This document shows positions 51,601 through 63,809 of a stretch of 64,000 bases of DNA, one piece after another. The first letter of the stretch is position 1; every line of letters starts with the position of its first letter. Origin of the DNA: Mobula birostris (taxonomy: Eukaryota); the NCBI RefSeq assembly GCF_030028105.1, contig NC_092380.1, positions 65,655,717 through 65,719,716 on the forward strand, given 5' to 3'. The notes under the pieces were generated by a model. That model was not told the origin of the DNA, ran no database searches, and saw only the letters and a list, made by a program, of their open reading frames with translations. The position numbers were made by a program, and so were the translations under genes.

Positions 51601-52694
51601 TTCTAAGGAATATCTCTGCTTAGAAATCCACCAGGGTCTCTTAAAATCTGATAATTAATTAAATGTGGCATTGAATGACAATTGTGGCCGTGGGCTTAGA
51701 GTGGAAATCTTATAACATTGCAGGCTCAAGGCTGTGGTACAACTGAATTAGGCTCTGGAAAACTTTCAAATCAAATCAAATTCATGTTTAACATCGCCTT
51801 GTGCATTGCACCAGTACTGAGGGTTGGGAACAGAACCATGGTAGATATGGCTGGGAAGAGTTATGGATCGGAATTGGAAAAGCAAGCGGGTATTTGGGAC
51901 AAGGATTAGGTGATAGTGCTTTTGATCATTGGTCAGGGTAGAGGGCTGTGAAACAAATCGGATTTTCATTTATTGCACCAATCCAATCTAATTTTAGTTG
52001 TGGTAGAAATGTATTTTTGCTCACTTACAGAACTTCCTCTTTTTGTTGTGTGTTTGGCAATAAAGAATCAAATCAAATAACATGTAAAAACAGTAAATTC
52101 ATTACTCTGGACATACTCTGTTCTGTTCAGATAGATATTACTGATTTTTGCAGAAAACACTGGAGAAGGCTGCAAAATAGCATCACCCATGTAAGAACAC
52201 TCTGATTTCTTCCTTCATAATGTCGAAAATTGTCATCATCAAAGTCAAAGTTTAATTTATTCTCCAAGTACGTTTATATTACTATACACTACCTTGAGAT
52301 TAATTTTCTTACAGTTACAGAAAAGTAAAGAAATACAAAAAAATTTATGAAGAACTATACATAAACAAAAACTGACAAATAACTGCACCAATATTCTTGC
52401 TGCAAATTCTGCACCTAAATGCACTACTGCTACTTTAGTCTAAAGATGCAATTTGTAAATTAAAAATATGGTTCAAGCACCCAGATCTAACACAGGCCAT
52501 CACTTTTACAAAGAGGAAAAAATCAAATCCTACAAATTGAAGTAACTAAATGAATAGAACAGAATATTTCCATTGTAAAGAACATATGTATTTAAATGTT
52601 TTTATTTTATGACTTTAGTATATAACCCAAAATGTGGACAAGAATTTTTGACATTGAGCAAGAGATATAAAGCTAAGACAATTGAAATTAAATT

Positions 52695-52990
52695 TGATTG
52701 GGTGTCAATGCAGTGCTAAGGGACAGCTACATTGTTAGAGATGCTAACTGTCCATTGAAACATAAAATCACGGTTCTATTTATCCCTGCAATGGAGATGA
52801 ACATTTCAAATCTATGGCCTCAGTCAAGTTTTCCAGGTACCCCTGCTAAAATCCCACCTAAATAACTCTGCTACTTGTGTTTGTGCGACATCACTTTCAT
52901 ATAAAGGATGACAATTATGTGACAAATCACTGATTGAAAAATAGTTCATTGGCAGTTGCCATTGTCACGCTAATATTTTTCCTCAGCACT
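52695..52990 (+). mobile_element. Ancient DeuSINE-like remnant
   Basis: ATGCAGTGCTAAGGGACAGCTACATTGTTAGAGATGC...TGAAACATAAAATCACGG resembles the Deu domain. Confidence 0.45.
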
Positions 52991-53550
52991 GCCGACTTTG
53001 CTTAACGGATACCTTAACTTAAGATTTTGTGCCATTAATTTCAGTAACAAAATTGTATGTGAATCCTACCTTGTAACAGCAGCTCTACAGCAAGTTCAGG
53101 ACTGGGACTGCATCCTTTCCTGCATATGTCTGAGATTGTTGCTCTCCTGCTCCTTTATTATACAAGCTTTTGAGAAAGTCACGGGATTTAACACTCTAAA
53201 ACTTGTGCCACATATCAAAATAAAACAAGAGAAATACACTAGGTTTCTATTTTAACAGGTGCAAAACTGAAACTGCAAGGCAATAAACCAAAAAAAGAAC
53301 AATCAGACTGAAGGAGTTAGTATGACATTAAGATTTTGCACTTCACTGAGTACAGATGAGATGGTTGTTTCATTGTGTTAATAGGGAACACACAAAATGA
53401 TGTAAAAGAGATGATGCCTGTTTAAGAAAAAAGAAATCAATCAGGATGGACTGTGATTTGCTCAGAGATCACTATTGAACCTGGGAACAGGAAAACCAAA
53501 TAAACTGGCCTTGTTGGCCATGGAAAAGAGAAATAATCGGCCGGGGTTAC

Positions 53551-53587
53551 CCTTCCGTTTCTGTATTGAGCTAACAGTGCAGCCCAT
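53551..53587 (-). CDS. Candidate first coding exon, MGCTVSSIQKRK (N-myristoylation/palmitoylation-type N-terminus)
   Basis: Kozak-like AGCAAAATGG, G2/C3/S6 plus basic residues, phase-1 donor AGG|GTAACC; lies in apparently non-repetitive sequence. Gene not identified. Confidence 0.3.
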
Positions 53588-53739
53588 TTTGCTGATCTGT
53601 CTCTGGTCCACAAATAATCTTGCCATATAAATAAAGTCAGGGTACTCTGACAATGTAATAGAAGGTTACTATTTCTCAGTTTTTTCCAGTATCTTCCTTT
53701 TAAGACCTGCAGTTGTTCAAAGCAGTGCTGAATTCGGAT

Positions 53740-55180
53740 TAACTTCATTAACTTTGCCTCCAACTTTCACCCTGCCCTCAAATTTACCTGGTTCATTTCT
53801 GACACCTCCCTCCCCTTTCTTGATCTTTCTGTCTCTATCTCTGGAGACAGCTTATCTACTGATGTCTACTATAAGCCTATGGACTCTCACAGCTACCTGG
53901 ATGATTCATTTTCCCACCCTGTCGCTTGCAAAAATGCCTCCCCTTCTTGCAATTCCTCTGCCTCCACCGCATCTGCTCTCAGGATGAGGTTGTCATTCCA
54001 GGACGAAGGAGCTGTCTTCCTTTTTTAAAGAAAGGGGCTTCCCTTCCTCCACCATCAACTCTGCTCTCAAATGCATCTCTCCTATTTCACACACATCTGC
54101 TCTCACCCCATCCTCCCACCACCCCATTAGGGATAGGGTTCCCCTTGTCCTCACCTACCTCCTCACCAGCCTTTGGGTCCAACATATAATTCTCCATAAC
54201 TTCCGCCACCTCCAACGGGATCCCACCACCAAGCACATCTTTCCCTCCCCCCCTTTTTGCTTTCCGCAAGGATCGCTCCCTACGTGACTCCCTTGTCCAT
54301 TCGTCCACCCCACCCCTTCCCACCGATCTCCCTCCCGGCACTTATCCTTGTAAGCAGAACAAGTGCTACACATGCCCTTACACTTCCTCCCTCAAAACCA
54401 TTCAGGGTCCCAGGCAGTCCTTCCAGGTGAGGCGACATTTCACCTGTGAGTCGGCTGGGGTGATCTACTGCGTCCGGTGCTCCCAGTGCGGCCTTCTATA
54501 TATTGGTGAGACCCGACGCAGACTGGGAGACCGTTTCACTGAGCACCTACGCTCTGTCTGCTAGAGAAAGCAGGATATCCCAGTGGCCACACATTTTAAT
54601 TTCATGTCCCACTGCCATTCTGATATGTCAATCCATGGCCTCCTCTACAGTCAAGATGAAGCCACACTCAGGTTGGAGGAACAACACCTTATCTTCCATC
54701 TGGGTAACCTCCAACCTGCTGGCATGAACATTGATTTCTCTAACTTCCATTAATGCCCCTCATCCCCTTCTTACCCCATCCCTTATTTATCTATCCATTC
54801 ATTCATTTATTTATTTATTCCCTTTTTTTCTTCTCTTTCTTTTTTTCTCTCTCTGTCCCTCTCACAATAACTCCTTCCCTGCTCTCCATCTTCCGCTGGG
54901 CTCCCCTCCCCCTTTCTTTCTCCCTAGGCCTCCCGTCCTATGATCCTCTCCCTTCTCCAGCCTTGTATCCCTTTTGTCAATCAACTTTCCAGCTCTTAGC
55001 CTCATCCCTCCCCCTACTGTCTTCTCCTATCATTTCGGCTCTCCCCCTCCCCCTCACACTTTCAAATCTCTTACCACCACTTCTTTTAGTCAGTCCTGAC
55101 GAAGGGTCGACTGTACTTCTTCCTATAGATGCTGCCTGGCCTGCTGTGTTCCACCAGCATTTAGTGTGCGTTGCCTGAAT
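53740..55180 (+). mobile_element. Penelope-like element (RT thumb, GIY-YIG, 3' end)
   Basis: NFHPALKFTW..LPFLDL..TDVYYKP, GVIYCVRCSQCGLLYIGETRRRLGDRF and LEEQHLIFHLG motifs; closely similar to 11673-12452. Confidence 0.95.
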
Positions 55181-56759
55181 TAGGATTGATTTTTTTCCCC
55201 CACTAAAAAGTTTACCCATTTGACAAACAGTCACTATGAACTAGATAGGGTTTTCTATAAGGTATCACAGTCTGTGCCCAAGATACTCCTACAACACCAC
55301 ACAATTTCGATGAAGAAGAGCAAGAGGTACATGTGTATCAGCTGCCTTTTCCCCTCCAACGGGCATACCATCATGACTTGGAAATGTATCACAGCTTCAT
55401 TACAGTCACTGTGTAATCCTGAAAGTCGGCACCCAGAGGAGCTTCTTCATTAAAATGACTGCAGTGGTTCAAGATTTCTGTTCAGCTTCTCAAGAGCAAG
55501 CAAGAAGCAAGCAGTATGGGTTAGCCTTGCCAGATATGACCATATTTTGAACAATGAATGAATTAAAAATAAATACATTTTGATAGTTTTATGGCCATAG
55601 TTGTTAATGTGAGCCCTAACTTCTTTAATTCAAATTGTATTTAAATAGAATTTTAACGTTCCTTCAGATAACTTTTCTAGATTTCCAGACCACTTAAATG
55701 CATTATACTAATATATCCTTAATTCTTCATCCAGTCTATGAACAATCTTTAAATAATGGCCACTGCACAATCATACGTCTTTTCAAAATGTCATGTGTTT
55801 CAGTATTCTCACAACCATCTGTTTAATGTGAACAATACATCTCAGTCCTTAAAGTGCTATCATATAAACAGAAGCCTAGTCAGGAAGCAAAAGATGGGTT
55901 TGAAACAAAGCTGACACACAAATATATTTATATACCAGCATAATGAAAACTAAAATATTGGAATTAGCTAATTAGCCAAGCAGCATCTGTGGAAAAAGAA
56001 ACAATTAACGTATCAGGTACAGGGTCCTTCATCAGAACTGGTTTCTCAGTGTACCTGGCTTTGGATACCTCAGTATTGATTAAAGTACTGTTCATTACTC
56101 TGAAATTAAATTATTAAAATTCAGAAGTGAAAGGTATGTTTTCCTCTTAAAGTTAGTCCCAGAAATTGCCTAAAGTGGTTGGTTTGACTGTGATGCTAAA
56201 CTGAAATAATATGTAAAGTGATTTTGCAATTACATGATGATCAATACAACAGGCTGAACTGCAGGCTGATTAATAATTTAACCTGATTCATTTTGAATTA
56301 TACACAACATTTAACTCTCCTATTTCACTCAGTATTTGAACAAGCCGCTTTATTTTTAAACTTGTAAAATAAAATCAGTACTGGTAAATACTCTTAGCAT
56401 TGAATCCTAAAATTAAAAATAAAAAAAAGCAATGGAAGAAAGAATGGGGATATATTTAAGACATGTTTTAACATCCAGAGAAAAGGGGGGAAAGGTAAGA
56501 GCAAAAGCCATGGTCTGTGATAGCGTGGAAGACAGGAAGGATTAAATGACAAGATTATCCTCCTACCAGGAGAAGTGTGTGACAGCAAATAGCAGGCAAT
56601 GTGAGGAGAATGACTGACCTTTAGCAACTACTGACCTTGGGAACGGGAAAACAATGTAGAATTGTGAAGACTAACTGGCTTGCTACTTTCCTGTCTCCAA
56701 GGCAGCTTGTACAACACAGCTGCAATGTGGCCATACACCAATGTGCATTGTGCCTTCAC

Positions 56760-57428
56760 AAAACAAACCCTACACAAATAAGAAAGCTCGCCAGCACCAC
56801 TATTTTCTGTTGAAGAGAGCTGGACTACATGCATTGATACACATGACTTTCGACAGATACACAGTAGGGAGCATCCTAATGTGGCGCCTCACTGGATGGT
56901 ACGGAAACCACTCTGTAGCGGGCAAGGAAGCTTTACAACGGGTAGTCAAAGCTGCTCAATGCATCACCAGCACCAGCTTACCCACCATCAAAGATATATA
57001 TACAGAAAAATGCCAGAACAAAGGCCAGATATCATGAAAGATCCCATTGACCCAGTTCATGGACTGGTTGTTCACTCCAAACAGGGAGGAGGCTATGTAG
57101 CATCCATGCAGGGACCACCAGATTCAAAAACAGTTAGTTTCCCCAAGCAATAAGTTGATCAACACCTTGAGCCATTAACCAACCTTACCACACCCCTCCC
57201 CACCATCTTACTTTTTCATTTTCTGTCAGTCCCCTTACATACAGACACTCTTGTGCCTAGCATTTTTTATGTACTTATCACTGTATATAAGCTATCTTAC
57301 ATATTTATATTTATAGTGCACTTTATTATTGTGTTCTTTGTGCTGCATTAGATCCAGAGTAACGATTCTTTCATTCTCCTTTACACTTTTGTATTGGAAA
57401 TGACATTAAACAATCTTGAATCTTGAAA
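56760..57428 (+). mobile_element. Rex1/Babar LINE 3' fragment
   Basis: ORF 56741..57037 has KKARQHHYFL, WYGN and LQRVVKAAQCIT; tail ATTAAACAATCTTGAATCTTGA. Confidence 0.85.
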
Positions 57429-59162
57429 TATTATCAATCGTTTCCAATTGTTGCAAACTGAAGTGGTGATACTGCATTACAATGGGACTAGTCCCATCGG
57501 GTCTTTCACACGTTGCAACGAGACTATATTGCTTTCTTCCAATTTTGCAGACATTTCAGGTGATCTGTTTTGAAGTTATTATGACATGCCATGAATCACA
57601 AAGGGTACAATCTGAGTTCTTTATAATAGTTCTGAGATAACACAAATTGTGTTGTTTTGGAACTGACCCAATGCACCTTCCTTGGTATTTTTCACTTAGC
57701 TTTTCATTTTCCTTTACAGTATTAATAATCACCATTTATTCCTCAACAGAAAGATTTTTTTAATTTCAACTATTCTCCTGTGGTCTATCTCATTGTGAGT
57801 CAGAGCAATTGGACTTTATGTCATTTTTAAAACTTGGAATGTTTACACAAACAAGGATAACACAAAGGAAGTGAACTGCTTTGACCCAATGAGCAAATTC
57901 AGTTCTTATTAAATTATAATGTGGGACTTCTCTGGCATTTTGGGAAATAAATTTCACAAGTCTATTAATCTGTCAAGACTGTAAGTGAATGGATTTAACC
58001 TCCAACTTGATGGAATGAATGGCCTCCTTTTATGTCCCTGGGAAATATTAAAATAAATAATCACAACTAGAGTTACATGTTCTATGGTTTAGCAGCTGCA
58101 ACTAATGGCTGCCTGGACTGGAGGCATTTCTGTGTTTTGGCAATTTTGGGAATAGTTCTAGACTTTGGCAGCACCAGGAATCACCTTGATATTTCAGCAT
58201 AATGTTTCCAAGGGGTTGGATGACTAACTGCAGAGTTACTTCAACCTTACTATAAATGAAATTTGAATTTGGCTGTGCTATCAAGTAGAAATTTAGGTTT
58301 GCCAAATGTGGGGTGGAACTATGAGAAGATCTGGATCACTGGTGAAATTCCTGATATAAGCCAGCAATGAATGGAGATGCAGGGCATAATGTCATTGGGG
58401 AGGGGTAGTGAGAATGGCTTCAGGGATTGTAATAGTGATTTAAAAGTTTCTGACACTTCTCTCCCTCATATGGCACCAAAAATAGCTTTAATTTCTGATC
58501 AGCAAAATGTAACAGCCAGAAAAGTAGAAATTAAAATAACTGTAATTAGATTAAAGGAGAGGAATAGGAACTCAAATTAAAATGAGAAAGTGCTTTATTC
58601 CTTTGTGCAACCTTCCAATTGCTTTGTGTTTAACTTTTTATTTGAAAATTTAAAACTTTGCAACTCTTTGGATGGAGGTGTGAAGTGAGTTGGTGGAGGT
58701 GTTGAGGAGGCGGTGAGCTGACAGGAAGGCTTTCAAGAACACTGTTTTGGCACCCCTAACATCTTCACAAATTCCTAGCACACTAGGTTCTGGTGGTATT
58801 CTGACAGAAAAGAATTTGGATATTCATTTTTTAATATACATTTTCTGGGCAACAGGAGGGTGACCTGTTAGCAGCAGTTAGCAAAAATAGACCAATACAG
58901 CTCCAGGTCCTCCACAGGTTACAATAGGGTTCCTTTCCTGAGAACTGCTTGTAACCTAAGCAATCACAGGTGAAAAATACTTAACAACAACATAGGCCAA
59001 CCATGTACTGTTAACTCAACCAGATATTGCGGTGAACTGAGTTCCCACTCAACAAAAAAATGACTACAACCTATAGCAGCCGACGAATTCATCTTGCCAG
59101 TTTTCTGAACACTTGTACGTATGTATGGGCTGTACATTAGTCATAAGCTGAAAAGGAGCTGT

Positions 59163-60274
59163 TGTGATGGATATTCACTGTCCAGGACAGGGTGGGTGGG
59201 GGGGGGGGTAGGTGGTGGCTTTCTTTTTTTTGCCAAGCTCCACTTTCTAACACAACAGCTGAAACTTCCAGAGATCAAAGTGTTGGTTTTGAGTAAGATA
59301 GAGTTCCAATCAATATAGCAACGATAATCAGCCTGAAACTAAAAGGAGAGCTTTGCAAACAAACTGTCTATAGAACATAGGACGCGAGCCCACTGCATCT
59401 GAGCTGATTTCTGGAGAGCTGCAGTGTAAGCCAATAGGTTTTTTAATTAGGCTTGTTTCAAACCAGACAACATAGCTAATTTATTTAGTTTAAGTAAGCC
59501 TACAGACCAGATTGATACTATCACTTAGCACATCAAATAGCTGATTTATTAACAGTTGTAAGGATGTGTGCTCAGAGAGTCAGCTTCACAGCATTAATTG
59601 TGGTAATGGGGAACTCTGTCACCAGAAATTTTTAGACCGTTTGTGCAAAAAAGGTTTCTGAAAACATATCATATACATCTGAAGTCATCCAAGTAGCAGG
59701 AGAACAATAGAGGAGTAGAGGGAAGTCAGACTTATTAGGAACGGTTAAGAAACAGCAAGAAGAATGACTGAAAGCCTGGGTGATTAGAATGCTTTCTTAT
59801 GCTTTCAATTTCTGTGATGGATGATTCACTCATCTGCAACTCATTGGTATGTTGATTTGGTTTATAGGAATTGTACTTGTGTTCTGGAAAATCCTTTATG
59901 TTTTAGAAAACATTCGTAATTTGGAAATATTTTTGAAGATAGAAATCCTCTGTGAGTTTTAAATGTATTTTTAAGAATTTTGTTTGGATTTAAATGTGTA
60001 TCACTAAAATTAAATTAACTGTATTTAAAGTACATTGTTAGATGGAAGTATCTCCTCCTTGGTAGATAGTGAGGACCCATTGCTCAAATAGTGGGTATTG
60101 GCAGCTAAACTCACTATGGAGGTTAAACAGGCAAGTGAACTAGTTTTTGAAGTGTAGGTGGTTACAGTATAACCTCCCTTTACTGAGGGTACCCATAGCT
60201 ATCTATATCAGATAGGACATAAGGTCTTCACTTGAGTTTAGAACTTCACAGTCAGCAAACCCAAAGCCATCACA
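59163..60274 (+). mobile_element. Solo LTR (copy C, 1112 bp) of the putative foamy-like ERV
   Basis: Perfect 8-bp inverted termini TGTGATGG/CCATCACA; perfect 4-bp TSD CTGT at 59159-59162 and 60275-60278; homologous to copies A and B. Confidence 0.92.
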
Positions 60275-60319
60275 CTGTAATGCCAAATAGTGACAATAAG
60301 TCTTGTCCACATTTCACAG

Positions 60320-60960
60320 TCTAGAATGATGAAGGGTTTCAGCCCAAAATGCTGACTGTTTATTCCCTTCCATAGATGTTGCCTGACCTGCTGAGTTCCT
60401 CCAGCACTTTATGTGTGTTGCTCAAGGTTTCCAGCATCTGCAGAATCTCTTGTGTTTATATGAATTATACCCTTCCCTCAGTGGATGTTCAGGATGTCTG
60501 GGTAACCAACTTATTCTGGCCTCGTACCCCATCCATTATTTATTTATATACCTCGTACCCCATCCGTTATTTATTTATATACACACATTCTTTTTCTCTC
60601 TCTCCTTTTTCTCCCTCTGTCCCTCTCACTATACCCCTTGCCCATCTTTTGGGTTTTTCCTTCTCCCTGGGCCTCCTGTCCCATGGTCCTCTCATATCCC
60701 TTTTGCCAATCAACTGTCCAGCTCTTGGCTCCATCCCTCCCCCTCCTGTCCTCTCCTATCATTTTGGATCTCTCCCTCCCCTCCCACTTTCAAATCTCTT
60801 ACCAGCTCTCCTTTCAGTTAGTCCTGACGAAGGGTCTCAGCCCGAAACGTCGACTGTAGCTCTTCCTAGATATGCTGCCTGGCCTGTTGCGCTCACCAGC
60901 AACTTTTATGTGTGTTGCTTGAAATTCCAGCATCTGCAGATTTCCTTGTTACCTAGCTTT
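60320..60960 (+). mobile_element. Two successive Penelope 3' terminal-repeat units
   Basis: A degenerate unit at 60320-60460 and a younger unit at 60520-60950 homologous to 12080-12450; ~31-bp tandem duplication at 60520-60581. Confidence 0.8.
60820..60855 (+). ncRNA. Minimal type I hammerhead ribozyme with intact core
   Basis: Stem I AGUC/GACU; CUGACGA; extra A; stem II GGGU-CUCA-GCCC; GAAA; palindromic ACGU stem III; predicted cleavage at GUC after 60851. Confidence 0.75.
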
Positions 60961-62539
60961 GGTTTATTACTTGTTTAAAGTTGTTCTGAATTCAATTTCC
61001 ACTCATCTCTATTTGTGCTAAGAGATTCATTAGCCATTAGTTTGAAAGAATGTAGATGATGGGGCAATGCTGACGGATTTTCTTCAATAACTGTTATCAT
61101 GGCTGAACTGATTAGTTGATTAATTCCTCACTGAATACTAAATAGGAAATGCTTTGGTCTTTATGCCGGCTAACTTTCAATTACTAATAGATATCATGAA
61201 TGTTGATATTCCCCAAACACATGATGCAAGTGGTTCACCACTCATCACAAAATGTGGCTCAGTATCCCAGATATCAGAAACCTGCAGCCTAAATGTCTGC
61301 AGGCCTCACAGCAAAGAACAGAACTTGGTCACCTTCAGAATGGATTGGTTGCAGTATTTATGGAAAGGTAATGAAATAGTCCCTCTGTCTAGCCTGGCAA
61401 GATCACAGCAAGGCATTCTGCCTACTAAATGAGTGATTAATTTTGATTTTATGATATTATTTCTAAAGAAACAACAATAACTGATATATATACTCACTTC
61501 CCAATATTGTCTATAATCATGTCTAAAATGTTGCTTTGTTTTTTTCTACCGTTAGGACAAGAAAGCCACCATAACAAACCAAGTTCTATCTAGCAGTCCT
61601 TACTGCAAACACCAGCTTAAACTCCAGAATATTTAAAGACTTTAAGCACACTGCTCATGTTACACAATAGCTGGACAAACATATCTGATGCACAGAGAAA
61701 TACATAAACTCATATCCAAGGAGATCAACATGCAATTCAAAGCTACAATCTTTTTCCAGAATATATACCCTAGATATGAAGCTTTCTAAGGCAACAATAT
61801 TCAGTTAAGTGTAATATCCACACCTTTACTTCAATAACTTATTGAAGATCAACAAATATCTTCTCCACTTATCCCTCAAGTCTGTTCCCAGAACAGCCTC
61901 TTTTCTACTTTTGGAAAAACCTTTCTTTCCAGCAGCTTAGCATCACATCTCCAAGGTGAGACATCTTGCTAATTCCAGACTAGACAGTATCAAAAACTTG
62001 CAGCTTTTAAGAGCAGGAGCTGTCAGAAGCTGTCATGCGTGTGTGCTGGATTGCTGAATATTACAATGAGTGCTTCACTAGATTTCAAATTGGAGTAGAA
62101 ATTCAGGTAGTGCAAGACAGCAGCAAGGAGGAGAGAAGCACTAGGAAACTTTAGGGTACCTCGGTAAAAATAAAATCATGCCCAAAGATCAATCTAGAGG
62201 CCTTATTTTAGAGGAAAAAAATGCACTGGCAGAAACTGGCACTGGAGTCAGCCGGAGACGTCAAGAGGATATTTCAATGTAAAGATTACCTTTACCTTAA
62301 AAGCATATGTATATTTACCTTACCTACAACAAGGAGAAAGTAAGCCTCCATCCTTCTCTTCTGTAGACAGCAGAGACAGTAGTTAGACCTGTGTCTGCTT
62401 AGCGAGCTAAAATTATGTCATCAAAATAAACATGGGCATGAAACTAGGCATTGGTCAATGCTGGCATATTAATTTTAAAAGTTCATAAAAGAAATGGATT
62501 ATTTTTTTCATTTCAGAGCATATTTCAATGATCAGGAAT

Positions 62540-63225
62540 TAATAATAGAACCAGTGTGATACAGCATTGAATCAGACACTTCAGCCCATCCCACCTATGC
62601 TGACCAAAACACCAATATAAGATAGTCCCATCTGGCTGAATGTCATCCACCTCCTTCTCAATCTTTTCTATCTTTCTGCTCAAATGTATCTTAAATATTC
62701 TGATTGTGAAAGTGCCTCTATCACTTCCTCTGGCAGCTCTTTCCATATACCCACATCACCTGTGTGAAAACAATGCATCTTAGGTCTGCTTTAAATCTTT
62801 CCTCTCACCATAAACCAATGTCATCTAATCATAGACTCCCCTACTCTGGGGAAAAGTTTGTGACTATCTACCCTATTGATTTTACAAATCTCTATCATGT
62901 CACCTTTCATTTGCTCTAGGGAAAACAGTCCCAAACTATCCAATCTATGTTTTGAATCATAACCCCCGTCCAAAGTCCTTATGAATCTGTTCTGTATCCT
63001 GTCTAGCATAATCATGTTCTTCCTATAAGCATAGTAATCAGAACAGCACACAATACTCCAACTATGGTTTAACCAACCTTTTGTCTAACTGCAACATGGC
63101 ATCCCAAACCCTGCCTTTCTCAATGCCTTGGCTGATGAAGACAAGTATGCCATGTGGCTTCTTCACCACCCTGTCTACCCATATCACCATATCCAAGGAA
63201 CTACGTATTTGTACTATAGACTCTA
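62540..63225 (-). mobile_element. CR1 3' fragment
   Basis: ORF 62821..63051 has LDRIQNRFIR and LDSLGLFSLEQ; CR1 3' UTR near 62560. Confidence 0.8.
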
Positions 63226-63431
63226 GGAGAACCAATCTAGCTCAACACTCTCTTTATGGTCCCTTTCTTCAAGTTCTTACAAATTCTTTGAAGTACTTAT
63301 CCAACTCACTTTTGAATACCTCAATTTGATCTGCCATTACCCTTGCAATACATACAAATTCTCAACCATACTCTATAAGAACAAGTTTTTCTTCATGTTA
63401 CTTTTAATTGTGTTGCTGATTTCCTTCATTA

Positions 63432-63808
63432 TACACAAAGCGGCACTTTATTAAGTACACCTGCACCCTGCAAATATCTAATCAGCTAATCATTTGGCAG
63501 CAACTCAATGTATAAAAGCATGCAGACATGGTCAAGAGGTTCAGTTGTTCAGACCATATATCAGAATTGGGAAGAAATGTGATCTATTTGACTTTCACCG
63601 TGAAATGATTGTTGGTACCTGATGGGGTTGAGTATCTCAGAGACTGCTGACTGCTCACGCACAACAGTCTCTAGGGTTTACAGAGAATGGTGCAAAAAAA
63701 AGCGCGTCCAGTGAGTGGTGGTTCTGTAGGCAAAAACACCTTGTTGATGAGAGAGGTCAGAAGAGTATGGCCAGACTGGTTCAAGCTGACAGGAAGGTGA
63801 CAGTAACC
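63432..63808 (+). mobile_element. Tc1-like transposon 5' end
   Basis: TA followed by TIR-like CACAAAGCGGCACTTTATTAAGTACACC; transposase N-terminus GKKCDLFDFHREMIVG..SISETAD..RTTVSRVYREWC. Confidence 0.8.
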
Positions 63809-63809
63809 C

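Noticed and set aside
46700-60274. One 13.5-kb provirus bounded by LTR copies B and C
   Set aside because: Copy C has its own perfect TSD (CTGT/CTGT), B's left flank is CTTC, the two LTRs are strongly diverged, and the interval holds unrelated repeats with no recognisable pol or env.
60376-60978. 200-aa ORF, and similar ORFs at 12069..12515 and 54753..55178
   Set aside because: Spurious frames across the pyrimidine-rich Penelope 3' UTR.
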